A stretch of DNA of 63,312 nucleotides, filler included, from Candidatus Tectimicrobiota bacterium (GTDB lineage: Bacteria > JACPSX01): assembly GCA_016193065.1 (NCBI GenBank). It is 5 parts of 5 records of this genome, joined end to end, with 100 filler letters (N's around TTAATTAATTAA, not from the genome) between each part and the next. Parts side by side here need not be neighbours in the genome. Positions count along the whole stretch, not along the records: positions 31,697 to 59,784 come from JACPSX010000219.1; 4 more parts are not named here. One strand, given 5' to 3'. The notes below the pieces were generated by a model that was not told the origin of the DNA, did not search any database, and was given only the letters and a program-made list of their open reading frames with translations. The translations under genes and the position numbers were made by a program. Positions 32,729-42,748 of the stretch are shown piece after piece; the first letter of the stretch is position 1, and each line of letters opens with the position of its first letter.

Positions 32729-34468
32729 TCAGCGTCGCCCTCCGACTTCCCGGAATCCCAGGCGACGCATCCCCATTGCCACCATGAAAAGGAACAGGAT
32801 CGTAAGGACGCCAATACCGGAGACCGCCCCCATCTGACCGTCGTCCCACATCATCCAGATAAACACGGAGAGCACCTGGTTCTCGGCCCCTTCGTAAAGC
32901 ATCAACGGCAGACCCGTCAGACGCACCGAAAGAAACATGGACCAGATCCCCAGGCCAACGAACGCGGGGATCAGGAGGGGGAAATGGATGCGTCGAAATG
33001 TCTCCAGCAGGGTCGCCCCGCTCAAGTACGCCGCCTCTTCCAGCTCCCGGTGAATTTGCAGCAGCGAGGCGGTCATCGCCCGTGTCCCGTAGGCCATAAA
33101 GCTCATCATGAAGCCCAGGGAGATCAGCCAGATCGTACCGTAGATGGGAACGTAGGGCTTCAGCATCAGAAAGATCCAGATTAGGGCCAAGGCCATGACG
33201 ATGCCGGGAATCGAGCGGGGCAGAAAGGCCAGCATGTCCATGAGCCTTCTCCCCCAAAACCGCGTGCGCACCAGGACCCAGGAGATCATGAAGGAGAGAA
33301 GGATCGTGCCGACGGCCGTGACGGCAACCATGAGAACCGTGTTTTTCAGCACCTTCCAGGTGGCCCCGTAAATGGCGATGGTGCGGTAATTGTCCAGGGA
33401 GACGAGGGAGAGGCTTTTCGCCGTCGGCAAGGTCGGAAAGGGGATCAGAGAGGTCCACAAGAGCACCAGCAAGGGCAAGACCAGGGTCAGGAGAAGGTAG
33501 AGCACAACGGCCCCAAAAGCCACATATTTCCAGCGCCCCAGGTCCAGCCGCTTGGGCTTATAGTCCCGGCCGCTCACCACGGCGAACTTCTCGGCCCGGC
33601 GGATCGCCTTGGAGTAGAGAACAACTCCGACGGCCGCCAGGAGCACGTAGGCGACGGAGAGGGCATTGGCCTGCCCGTAGTCGGGGGTCTCCAGACCCTG
33701 GGTTACGGCGTAGATCTTCGTGCTGAACACGTAGATCCGGGCCGGCAGGCCCAGGATCCCCGGAATCTCGAAGGTCTCCAACACCGTGATTGTCTCGTAG
33801 ATGAGAACCGCCACGATCCCCGAAGAGAGGACGCGCAGCGTGATCCGCCGCAGGCGGGAAAAGGGCCCCGCTCCGGAGACGGCGGCCGCTTCCTCCAGGG
33901 CCGGATCCATGTTCCGGAACAGGGGGACCATGAGCAGGAAGGAGGTCGGCACCACCCGCAGGGATTCCAGGATGATCATCCCCGGCAGGGTATAGGTGTT
34001 AAACGGCGCCGTGCCGAGACCGAAGAGACTCATCAGCCAGCGATTGATGTATCCCATGCGCGGGCTAAACAGCATGACCCAGGCAATGGCGTGCAAGACC
34101 CCGGGAATGGCCAGGGTCAGGGGGATGGCGGCAAAGGCGATCCCCCGACACGGGAGGTTGGTGCGCTCCACAAGCCAGGCCATCACTAGAGCCAAACTCA
34201 CCCCCAGAAGCACGCTCCCCGCCGTCAGAATCAGGGTGTTTCCCAAGATGACCATTGTGGATTTCCGCAGGTAGGCCCGGGCATAATTTTGCAGACCGGG
34301 GTTTTTAAACTCCCCGATGGCCGTGGAGTTGCTGAAGCTGCCCAGGATCAGGGTCAACAGGGGAACCAACGTAAAGGCAAGCAGAAACAGCAGGAGAAGC
34401 GTGGCCCCAGGATGGCGGATCCTCACACCGCGGAAACGACTCATACCCAAGGTACCGGCTAGCTCCAT
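32729..34468 (-). CDS. ABC permease, fused two-domain FbpB-like
   Basis: Two EAA loops (LEEAAAVSGA, LEEAAYLSGA), about 12 TM helices. Confidence 0.92.
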   Translation of the reverse strand: MELAGTLGMSRFRGVRIRHPGATLLLLFLLAFTLVPLLTLILGSFSNSTAIGEFKNPGLQNYARAYLRKSTMVILGNTLILTAGSVLLGVSLALVMAWLVERTNLPCRGIAFAAIPLTLAIPGVLHAIAWVMLFSPRMGYINRWLMSLFGLGTAPFNTYTLPGMIILESLRVVPTSFLLMVPLFRNMDPALEEAAAVSGAGPFSRLRRITLRVLSSGIVAVLIYETITVLETFEIPGILGLPARIYVFSTKIYAVTQGLETPDYGQANALSVAYVLLAAVGVVLYSKAIRRAEKFAVVSGRDYKPKRLDLGRWKYVAFGAVVLYLLLTLVLPLLVLLWTSLIPFPTLPTAKSLSLVSLDNYRTIAIYGATWKVLKNTVLMVAVTAVGTILLSFMISWVLVRTRFWGRRLMDMLAFLPRSIPGIVMALALIWIFLMLKPYVPIYGTIWLISLGFMMSFMAYGTRAMTASLLQIHRELEEAAYLSGATLLETFRRIHFPLLIPAFVGLGIWSMFLSVRLTGLPLMLYEGAENQVLSVFIWMMWDDGQMGAVSGIGVLTILFLFMVAMGMRRLGFREVGGRR

Positions 34469-34742
34469 GCCCTTCTCCTGGAGAAACAATCCGGATGCTG
34501 CAGAGTCACAGGCTCAATCGCCAGACAATTTCATTCGGAACTCTGTTGACCTTAAAGCTTGAGGTTTGGAGTTAGCGCTTCTATATCACACCGGCTCCAG
34601 GGAAACAACCTTCTTTTCCCAGCCGGCCGGGTGAACTCTTAAATGCCCGATCTTCCGACTCAGGGAACCCGTCAAAAATCCTGCCCAATCCCTGAAACCG
34701 CACAAAGTGCCCGGAGAAACGGCGGGATCCGCCCTGCGATGC

Positions 34743-34929
34743 TTACTCCAGCCTCTTTCTCTCTCCTTCCCCCAGCTTGGCCCCCGTCTTGTAGTGTTCT
34801 CCCCGAATCGCCAGATCCGCCTCCTCTTCGTGTCTTCTGGTCCAATAGCCCGGGGGTAGCCATGCCATGGCACCTTCGGGTCAACTTCTCCCACCGCTCC
34901 TCTTCCCAAACCTTCAGGGCTCGTTCCAT
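34743..34929 (-). pseudogene. Frameshifted C-terminal remnant, probably of a UbiD-family decarboxylase
   Basis: Three frames piece together MERALKVWEEE.../PKVPWHGYP/GYWTRRHEEEADLAIRGEHYKTGAKL; family assignment is from recall. Confidence 0.5.
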
Positions 34930-35033
34930 ACATCTTCGGTATCCCGTCTTTGATCTTCCCTTGGTCAGCAGGCATGGAACTGCAGTGCGAAGGAACCGGA
35001 CCCGCTAAGCTCTTGGACGACGGTAATCGCGTT

Positions 35034-36131
35034 TCACGCTTTCCTTGACAAAGAAGACAGTTCTCTATTGTAGAACACCCTGATCCTGTCCTTGGAAATC
35101 TGGAAATATGCCTTCCCGGGTGCAATGGGACTTCCCATCGCTTTCTTCAATATCCTCTTACTGGTTCGGGTCTGGACTTGATACAGGCTGTAGTCACCCA
35201 AAAAAGTAGTACTAACTATCTCTCCCTCGAACTCATTGGCATTGCCTGAGGGGGAAGCGCTTAGTTGAATGTCCTCGGGCCTGATTGCGATGACCACTTG
35301 AGAACCGACGCTGCTCGCCGAATCCGCATGTAGCGTTCCGATCTCGGTTTTTATGACTCCTGCCTCGGTAATTCTGCCCTCTAACCAGTTCACGGAGCCG
35401 AAGAACTCAGCCACAGTGACATTGACAGGCTGGTGATAGAGTTCCTGTGGATGCCCCACTTGCAGAATGACTCCATGATCCATCATGGCGGTTCGATCAG
35501 CCAAGGCCATGGCTTCTACCTGGTCGTGTGTCACATAGAGAACGGTGACGCCGATCTTTTTCACCAGCTCTCGTAACTCAGAACGGACATCCTCCCGTAA
35601 ACGGGCATCCAGGTTGCTGAGGGGTTCGTCCATGAGGAGGGCCTGGGGTTTAATCGCCAGGGCTCGAGCGAGGGCGACTCTTTGTTGCTGGCCCCCGCTC
35701 AGCAGTGGGGCAGGTCTTTTCTCCAGTCCTTCCAGTTGGACCAATTGGAGCGCTTCCCTGACCCTATCCTGAACCACTTGCTTGGAAAGTTTTCTTTTGG
35801 CTTGCGTCAAAGGTAATGCCACGTTTTCGAAAACCGTCAAGTGAGGCCAAATGGCGTAGGATTGAAACACCATGCCCAACTCTCTCTCCTGGGGCGGCAC
35901 GAAAATCCGCTCGCAGTCAGAGAATACCACCTTTCCTGCCAAGGAGATTTGGCCGGTATCGGGCTTTTCCAATCCTGCCAAGCAGCGCAGGAGGGTCGTT
36001 TTGCCTGATCCACTCCGCCCCAACAGGACGAATATCTCTCCTCTCTCCACCTGAAGATCAATGCCCTGGAGCGCCTGAACCGTTCCCTGCTTCGTGTGGA
36101 ATTTCATGGTGACGTTTCGAATGGCAATCAT
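35034..36131 (-). CDS. ABC ATP-binding protein (FbpC/PotA-like, TOBE domain)
   Basis: GRSGSGKTT, LSGGQQQR, LMDEP, VTHDQ; ATGA overlap with the permease stop. Confidence 0.94.
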   Translation of the reverse strand: MIAIRNVTMKFHTKQGTVQALQGIDLQVERGEIFVLLGRSGSGKTTLLRCLAGLEKPDTGQISLAGKVVFSDCERIFVPPQERELGMVFQSYAIWPHLTVFENVALPLTQAKRKLSKQVVQDRVREALQLVQLEGLEKRPAPLLSGGQQQRVALARALAIKPQALLMDEPLSNLDARLREDVRSELRELVKKIGVTVLYVTHDQVEAMALADRTAMMDHGVILQVGHPQELYHQPVNVTVAEFFGSVNWLEGRITEAGVIKTEIGTLHADSASSVGSQVVIAIRPEDIQLSASPSGNANEFEGEIVSTTFLGDYSLYQVQTRTSKRILKKAMGSPIAPGKAYFQISKDRIRVFYNRELSSLSRKA

Positions 36132-37864
36132 AGGGTCCGCTCCATGGCTGTAGCGCGTCTTCCCACATACCAATAGAGGAAGACGAGGGGGACCATGACG
36201 GCAACGACCAGCAAGGCCGCGGCGGCAGCTTTTGGATAAAGTCCCGACAGCCAGATTCCCCACATGGCGGCCGGGAGCGTGATATTACGCGTGGTAGCCA
36301 GAATTGACGCCACGGTAAGCTCCCGGTAAGTCAATAGGGCAACCCATAACCAAGTGTTCAGCAATGCCGGACCGAGCAGGGGCAACAAAATCTTCCGCAG
36401 AATCCGTAATAGCGGGATGCCGCTGACCGCTGCCGCTTCCTCGAGTTCCTTGTGAATTTGAATCAGAGCGCTGTTTAGATTCCGCGTTGCAAAGCTGAGC
36501 CACACCAAGGTATAGACCGCCATGAGGAGATAGATTGTACCGTAAATGGGAAGGAACCCACTGAGAAGAAAGATGGACACATAGGCTGCGCTTACAGCGA
36601 AAATAATATGGGGAACGGCATGGGGAAGGAAAGAGAAGACGTCAAAGAAAAACCTGCTCCGAAATCCTGAACGAACCACCACCCAGGAAAGTCCTAGACT
36701 GAATAGCAGCGTTAACGTGGGCACTGAAACGGCCAAGATGAACGTATTTTGCGCCCCGATCAACAGTTGGTGGATCGGGAGCGCCCTGAAGTTATTCAGG
36801 GAGACATGACCCAGGGCGCTCAGAGAGGGTACCTGCGGATAGGGAAGTAGGGCATTCCAAACGAGCATGGATAGTGGCAACAGCTGGCCCAGAAGGAAAT
36901 AACCTCCGAGAAAGGCCCAAGCCCAAGGCTTCCAACGGCCCAACTCCACCTGCCTCGGCCGGTACGACTGGCCGGTGACCACGGCATAGCGGTGGCTCGA
37001 CTTCAGCGCGCGGTAGTACCAACAAAGGAAGAGAAGGGAGATGCAAATCATCAACACGGCGGAGGCGCCGGCCAGGTCGTGCCTCGGCAAACCGTCCAGC
37101 GGCTGGACCTGAATGTAAAGAAAGGTGCTGAAGGTGAACACGCGATTCGACAGGCCGATCACAGCCGGGATATCGAAGGCGGCGACACCGATCATAAAGA
37201 TATAAATTGCCGCCGCTAATACTCCGGGATAGGCGAGTGGCAGGGTCACTTTGTGGAGGGTCTGGAAAAACCTAAGGCCATGGACCTCAGCGGCCTCCTC
37301 GAAGACAGGGTTCATCGCTCGAAACGTCGGCGACACCATGATGAAGGCCACGTTTGCCAGGCCAAGACCCTGGATGATCCCCATTCCCGGCGCTGTGGCC
37401 ACGTTGATACGGGCCCACTCCATCCCCGGGATCCCGGTAATGAGCGTATTGATGATACCGATCCGGGGGTTAAGCAGGAAAACCCAGCCCATGCCGGTGA
37501 GAAAGCTGGGAATCAGCAGACCCAAAACCATAAGGGTCTGGGGAATTTCTTTGGGGCGCAGGTCAGTTCTCTCCACAAGCCAGGCAGCCGGGATACCAAA
37601 TAATAAGGCCACCGCCACCGTTATCAGAGAAAAGACGGCGGTGTTCAGCAACGCCTTGTACGTGAAGGGGTCCAAGTACAGCTCCCGATAGGCATCGAGA
37701 CTGTAACCGGCGGCAGCGCCCGCCAACTGCCGGAAACTTATCCAGACAATTACACTGACCAGGACAGTCAACGCAGCAACGGGAATCAGTGAAATGCCGA
37801 CCAAAACCGTACGGCGATCAAGCAGCGGGCCGATCACCAGTCTACGAAGAACCGCTCTCCGCAT
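36128..37864 (-). CDS. ABC permease, fused two-domain FbpB-like
   Basis: FEEAAEVHG and LEEAAAVSG loops, multiple TM helices. Confidence 0.92.
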   Translation of the reverse strand: MRRAVLRRLVIGPLLDRRTVLVGISLIPVAALTVLVSVIVWISFRQLAGAAAGYSLDAYRELYLDPFTYKALLNTAVFSLITVAVALLFGIPAAWLVERTDLRPKEIPQTLMVLGLLIPSFLTGMGWVFLLNPRIGIINTLITGIPGMEWARINVATAPGMGIIQGLGLANVAFIMVSPTFRAMNPVFEEAAEVHGLRFFQTLHKVTLPLAYPGVLAAAIYIFMIGVAAFDIPAVIGLSNRVFTFSTFLYIQVQPLDGLPRHDLAGASAVLMICISLLFLCWYYRALKSSHRYAVVTGQSYRPRQVELGRWKPWAWAFLGGYFLLGQLLPLSMLVWNALLPYPQVPSLSALGHVSLNNFRALPIHQLLIGAQNTFILAVSVPTLTLLFSLGLSWVVVRSGFRSRFFFDVFSFLPHAVPHIIFAVSAAYVSIFLLSGFLPIYGTIYLLMAVYTLVWLSFATRNLNSALIQIHKELEEAAAVSGIPLLRILRKILLPLLGPALLNTWLWVALLTYRELTVASILATTRNITLPAAMWGIWLSGLYPKAAAAALLVVAVMVPLVFLYWYVGRRATAMERTL

Positions 37865-37953
37865 CGAAATTCCCAGATCCGCTTTCCGGCAGACCTTCCC
37901 CTCTTCGCATCCCCGAGTATTTACTCTGACCTCCTGTTCCTGAGGTCGCTCCC

Positions 37954-39042
37954 CTAACGACCGGCCAGAACTTTCGCAAACTCGGTAGCGGCCTTGCTGA
38001 GGATGGCTCCTTCTTCCCCCCTCCAGGAAGCGGCCGTGAATCTCAATGTTTTCATACTCTTCGCCTCCGCTTCCTTGTATTGCTTATGGGCTGGAGTCCC
38101 TTCCACCGAGGCCGAGGACCAACCCACCACCCGGGAAAGGATGTCTTGGCCTTCCTTGCTCATGAGAAAGCCGACCAAGAGAGTGGCCAGGTTCGGATGT
38201 GCCGAGTGCGCGGGAACTACAAAATAGAAGGAGTCAATCAACGAGGGATCCTCCTCCCATACCGTGCCCACAGGTCCGCCGGTCTGTCGAGCATAGGCAT
38301 CTCCGCCATAGTTCCCGCAGTTCTTAACCAGCATCAGAAACTCTCCGCTGGCGATCCGGGACTCTTCCCCGCACCGGATCAAACCACCGATCTGGCGGCT
38401 CAGGGCCTGGACAAATTCCAAGGCTTTGTCGTAACCCCACGCCCGGTTGGAGGCCAAGAAATAGAGTCCCGATGCATAGGGAGTGGAAGCGATCTTCCCC
38501 TTCCATTTCGGGTTCAGGACATCTTGAAGCCGGCGCGGCGCTTCCGCCGTCTTAATCTCGCGGGTGTTGTAAGTAATCCCGTGGAATACGTCCACAAACC
38601 GGATTAACTGTCCTTCGGCCTCTACGGTATCCCCCGGAACGTGGGGAAAAACCTCCCGCCAGGGATAAGGTCTCGTCACTCCTTTCCCCAAAACCATGTT
38701 GACGGGGCGCGCGTTGGCCACAAGAATATCCGTGTCCGACTTCACACCCGCCTGGCGCGTCTCTATGACACGGCCTGTCATAACGGGCATTGCAGGCCCG
38801 GCGGCGTAACGGATCCTTATATTGAGACCGTATTTCTTGTTGAGCGCGTCCTGGATGATCCTGACACCCTCTGCCTCTCCCCAAGTTCCGCCCCCTGCCA
38901 CCAGATTGAGCTCGCCCTCAGCCTGCGCCGCTTTGATCAGCTCATTAAGCCTCTGCGCAGGCCCCTGCTGAGCATATCCGATTGGAACCGACACGATCAT
39001 CACGGCAAACACGCAGCCCAACCACATCATCCTCTTGCGCAT
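37954..39042 (-). CDS. ABC substrate-binding protein (FbpA/PotD-like)
   Basis: Signal peptide, AAQAEGEL, YNTREI...LNPKWKGKI, SAHPNLATL. Confidence 0.88.
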   Translation of the reverse strand: MRKRMMWLGCVFAVMIVSVPIGYAQQGPAQRLNELIKAAQAEGELNLVAGGGTWGEAEGVRIIQDALNKKYGLNIRIRYAAGPAMPVMTGRVIETRQAGVKSDTDILVANARPVNMVLGKGVTRPYPWREVFPHVPGDTVEAEGQLIRFVDVFHGITYNTREIKTAEAPRRLQDVLNPKWKGKIASTPYASGLYFLASNRAWGYDKALEFVQALSRQIGGLIRCGEESRIASGEFLMLVKNCGNYGGDAYARQTGGPVGTVWEEDPSLIDSFYFVVPAHSAHPNLATLLVGFLMSKEGQDILSRVVGWSSASVEGTPAHKQYKEAEAKSMKTLRFTAASWRGEEGAILSKAATEFAKVLAGR

Positions 39043-39088
39043 GGCTCATTTCCTCCTTTGCAGCCTCCTAAACACACGGTTGCCCTGG

Positions 39089-40093
39089 TCAGACTTCTCC
39101 GCGCAGCAAACCACTCTCCTTGTAGTACGATTCGGCTCCCGGGTGGAGGGGAACCGGCATAGTTTTCCATACCTCTTCGGGTCGAATTGGATAATGAAGG
39201 GGGCTCTCCATGACCGGCATGTGCCGGTATTTGACCTCGAAATCATCCCGGTCTTCGATGAGAACCTGAGCCATCAGACGGGCCACCCGGTCCGGCATGT
39301 CGCCGCGGACCAAGACGATCCATTGGCTCCAATCCACGGTGGTCACCGCGCGATCAAGCCCGAAAAATTCCCCGGCCTCAATGGTCTCCGCTTGATATCC
39401 ATAGTCTTTGTTTAAACTCTGCAATTGCGGCTCGTCGATGGAAAGAAAGCGCATCGGCCGCCGATCCGTAAATCGGTGCCAGGTCATGATAGCCTCATAA
39501 AAGATGGCATCGGCCTCCCCGGAGACCAGGAGTTTGGGGGCTTTGGGGGGGCGTTCAAATTCGATCCATTTCCCTCCCCACTTCGGGATGTCGCCCCATT
39601 CGATGCCGTAGGCATTCAGGATGCGCTCGGCGACAAATCCGATGTGATTAATCCCGTCGTTCAGTCCCGTCACGATCCTGAGGGGGGGCTTCTTCTCGCG
39701 CAGGTCGTGAAACGAGCGGATCCCATAGCGCTGAGCCACATCCTCGGCGATGGCCAGAACCATGCGGTCCCTGTGAGGCAGGGCCGCGATTGCCCGCAGA
39801 TCAGGATAGGCGCGTTCGAACATTCCCCTGCCTTCCAAGGCCTGCGCCGCCGTGACGATCGGTGTCGTGACCGCCATATCCACAAGCCCCTCCGCGACCG
39901 AAAGGACATTATCCTTGTATCCTCGGCCCGTGTGAATTACAAAGGTTGAAGTCTTGGCCGTCCTCCATCGCATGCCCGTAGCGATCCAACCACAGAGGCT
40001 CGTCAAGTTCGTTATGCCCCAATCCCCCATAAGGCGCAGATGAACTTCTAAATCGCTTTTTCCCCATTCGGCTTCCACATCCATGATGTCCAT
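39089..40093 (-). CDS. TAXI-family (TRAP) solute-binding-fold protein with no visible signal peptide
   Basis: LRAIAALP, IRSFHDL and C-terminal PVPLHPGAESYYKE TAXI signature; start at 40084-40108. Confidence 0.75.
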   Translation of the reverse strand: MDIMDVEAEWGKSDLEVHLRLMGDWGITNLTSLCGWIATGMRWRTAKTSTFVIHTGRGYKDNVLSVAEGLVDMAVTTPIVTAAQALEGRGMFERAYPDLRAIAALPHRDRMVLAIAEDVAQRYGIRSFHDLREKKPPLRIVTGLNDGINHIGFVAERILNAYGIEWGDIPKWGGKWIEFERPPKAPKLLVSGEADAIFYEAIMTWHRFTDRRPMRFLSIDEPQLQSLNKDYGYQAETIEAGEFFGLDRAVTTVDWSQWIVLVRGDMPDRVARLMAQVLIEDRDDFEVKYRHMPVMESPLHYPIRPEEVWKTMPVPLHPGAESYYKESGLLRGEV

Positions 40094-40145
40094 TCCTCTG
40101 TTGAGCACGTATAATGATCAATTCAGTCCGTTGAATCTCCACGTT

Positions 40146-41129
40146 TCAAATTTTCGGCAAGATTTCCTTCTCGATCCGCTTGAGCTGAGTTGCCGGATCT
40201 ACGGAATGAATATAAAACACAATCCGCTCGGGGCCCAACGCCCACAATTCCTTCATCTTTTCAATTAACGGCCCCGGAGGACCGTAGAAGTTGGCCGCGA
40301 GCTTGTATTCGGTCAACCGGACTCCTTCGATCTCCTTACCCATGCGCTCCCAGTGATACTTCATCTCCTCTATGGCCTTGTTGCGATCCTCGTTTATGTT
40401 TATATGCAACACAAATGAATACCTTACGGATTTCGGGTCTCTGCCCAATTCCCGGCAATATCCCCACAACGTCTGAAGTCGCTCCTCGGGTGACCAGGGT
40501 TTATAGTCTTCCAGGGCTCCCTTGTAGCTCCAGGTGGGAGCCACCAGAGTTTCATAGTCCGCACTCCATCCATCCATCATTCTCGCCACCCTTTGCAGAG
40601 CCCTGTCCCCCCAGCCTCCATACCATATAGGAGGGTAAGGCTTTGTATAGGGTTTCGGGTAAAAGACCATGTCTTTGAACTGATAGAATTCGCCATTGTG
40701 CGTAACCGATTCCTCGGTCCAGAGTCGTTTGATCACCGCAATCGATTCTTCAAACCTGCGTCCCCGGCTTTTCCAGTCTATCTGCAGGGTTTGAAACTCC
40801 CGCTGGACCCCTCCCAATCCCACGCCAAAGATGAACCGACCTTCAGACATTATGTCCAGGGTTAATACACGCCTGGCAATATCGATGGGATGCCTTAAGG
40901 GAACCTGAAAAACATCGGTGCTGAACTTTATCCGTTTCGTCCTTGCTATCAAAGCCCCCAGGAATACTGTCGTCTCGAGACGCGGGAAATACCGGCCGAT
41001 GGAATCAGGAACAGCGATTAAGTCGAGACCAATAGCCTCTGCCCTTTCTGCCACCTCCAAGTGCTGATGGAAAAAATCTACTTCCCTGCCGTATCCTCTG
41101 CTAGGCGCCAGCTCAATTCCAATCTTCAT
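40146..41129 (-). CDS. LLM-class (luciferase-like) flavin/F420-dependent oxidoreductase
   Basis: ARTKRIKF, PLRHP, TLDIMSEGRFIFGVGLG, PKP..KP.PPIWYGG. Confidence 0.92.
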   Translation of the reverse strand: MKIGIELAPSRGYGREVDFFHQHLEVAERAEAIGLDLIAVPDSIGRYFPRLETTVFLGALIARTKRIKFSTDVFQVPLRHPIDIARRVLTLDIMSEGRFIFGVGLGGVQREFQTLQIDWKSRGRRFEESIAVIKRLWTEESVTHNGEFYQFKDMVFYPKPYTKPYPPIWYGGWGDRALQRVARMMDGWSADYETLVAPTWSYKGALEDYKPWSPEERLQTLWGYCRELGRDPKSVRYSFVLHININEDRNKAIEEMKYHWERMGKEIEGVRLTEYKLAANFYGPPGPLIEKMKELWALGPERIVFYIHSVDPATQLKRIEKEILPKI

Positions 41130-41271
41130 GTTCATGGCTTTTCTCCCGTCAATCCCGTCATTCTGTGTTGCCGCAAGACTGCCAGCCTTTTCCGCCTTCA
41201 ATGCAGCCTCTGTTGTCCTCCTCCCTCCGCAGCAGGATTCCCTCCGCTGCTTACTCCAAATCCGAGCCCGT

Positions 41272-42747
41272 CTATTCCACCCGGCGCAGGCTTTCCCGAG
41301 CAATGGCAAACGCAGTGCCCGGAGCGGCCTCCTGAAGGAGACCCGCGGCCCAAAGAAGGTAACCGGAGTCCAGGTGGAGCGCCGGACTCACAGGGGACAG
41401 CACCCCGTCCCCTTGGTTTTGGAGAGATCTGCGCAACAAATCCGCGGCTCTCTCCTGGTAGGAGAAAATCCCTCCGGTTCCGATCAGATGCGGGACTTCC
41501 CTGAGGTCTTTTCCGCGCTGGATGAGGAACGGCTTCATGGCCATCGAGGAGTGAATTTCGCCGATCATCCTCCCCGCATGACGATTCAGGGCGATCCTCA
41601 GGCAGACGCTGGCCAGGGCAAAATCAACCTCTCTTTCCCACGGCGTCTCCGGGAGACGGGTAGTGTCCCGAGACAGCAGATTAACATGGTGGAGGAGTTC
41701 CGCCTCCGATGAGGGGCCGGAATCCCCGGCAAAACACCCCAATTCCTCCTGCACTGCCGGTAATCCCATATGGCCCACGATCGTGCTCGCGTTGCAGCGA
41801 ATCCCCAGATCCCCTTCCACGGTTCTCTTCGCAAAGGGCTCCTCCAATCCTTCCATCACCACCCCCCCATGCTTCGGTTTACCCCAGGCAATCGAATGGA
41901 CGTCGGTCGTGGCCCCGCCAACGTCCAGAACGATGAGTTCCCCCAGCCCGGGGGCATCACTCGTTCCCTGGGAGAGGATCGAGGCTCCCTGGAGGACTGC
42001 CATGGGGGTGGGCATGATGACAGGAAACCATTGCTTGACGACTTCCAGGCCCTTGGCTTCGGTGATCCGCTCAAAGAAAACGTCCCGGATCTCCTTGCCG
42101 GCCGAAACCGGATTCAGTTTCAGCAGATCCGGCATCACGTTCTCCGCGGTTCTAACCTCCTTCCGCCCGCTCTGCAGGATGTGGGCAACCTCCCCCGCAC
42201 ATTCCCGGTTTCCTGACGCGACCACAGGGCAGCAAATCTTGGAAAGGGCCACAGCCATAGCGTTGTGAAGTATGGTGTCCCTGTCTCCTCCATCCGTCCC
42301 TCCGGCCAGGAGGATGATGTCGGGCGAGAGCTCCTCGATCCGGGAGATCTCCTGCGGACCCAGCTTGTCACCGAAACCTCCAATTACTTTGGCGCCGGCT
42401 CCCAGCGCAGTCCGCCTCCCGGCCTCCACCGTGAGGGAGGCGACCAGGCCGATGACGACCATGCGCAGCCCGCCCGCGGCGCTGCTGCTGGCAAACAGAT
42501 GCCCGAACGGCGAGAGCCCTTCTTTCAGAGAACTCACCGGTTCACCCGTGAGCCTCCTCAATGCCTCCAGAAGCCCGTGCTGTACCCCTCGCCCCACGGT
42601 GCTCGGAGCCGCGCTCCGGCCGACGACGAGATTGCGCCCGATATCGACCGAAATCATCTTTGTGTAGGTGCTGCCGATGTCCACCAGAAGGGCAAGCTCG
42701 CTATTCACGCCGTCCATATTTCCCAATTCAAAAGGAAAACCCTCCAC
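41272..42747 (-). CDS. glmL: Glutamate mutase accessory protein GlmL/MutL (ASKHA-fold ATPase)
   Basis: VDIGSTYTK, SSSAAGGLRM, LGAGAKV, AGGTDGGD, MPTP, DVGGATTDVHS, KRTVEGDLG. Confidence 0.85.
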   Translation of the reverse strand: MEGFPFELGNMDGVNSELALLVDIGSTYTKMISVDIGRNLVVGRSAAPSTVGRGVQHGLLEALRRLTGEPVSSLKEGLSPFGHLFASSSAAGGLRMVVIGLVASLTVEAGRRTALGAGAKVIGGFGDKLGPQEISRIEELSPDIILLAGGTDGGDRDTILHNAMAVALSKICCPVVASGNRECAGEVAHILQSGRKEVRTAENVMPDLLKLNPVSAGKEIRDVFFERITEAKGLEVVKQWFPVIMPTPMAVLQGASILSQGTSDAPGLGELIVLDVGGATTDVHSIAWGKPKHGGVVMEGLEEPFAKRTVEGDLGIRCNASTIVGHMGLPAVQEELGCFAGDSGPSSEAELLHHVNLLSRDTTRLPETPWEREVDFALASVCLRIALNRHAGRMIGEIHSSMAMKPFLIQRGKDLREVPHLIGTGGIFSYQERAADLLRRSLQNQGDGVLSPVSPALHLDSGYLLWAAGLLQEAAPGTAFAIARESLRRVE

Positions 42748-42748
42748 C

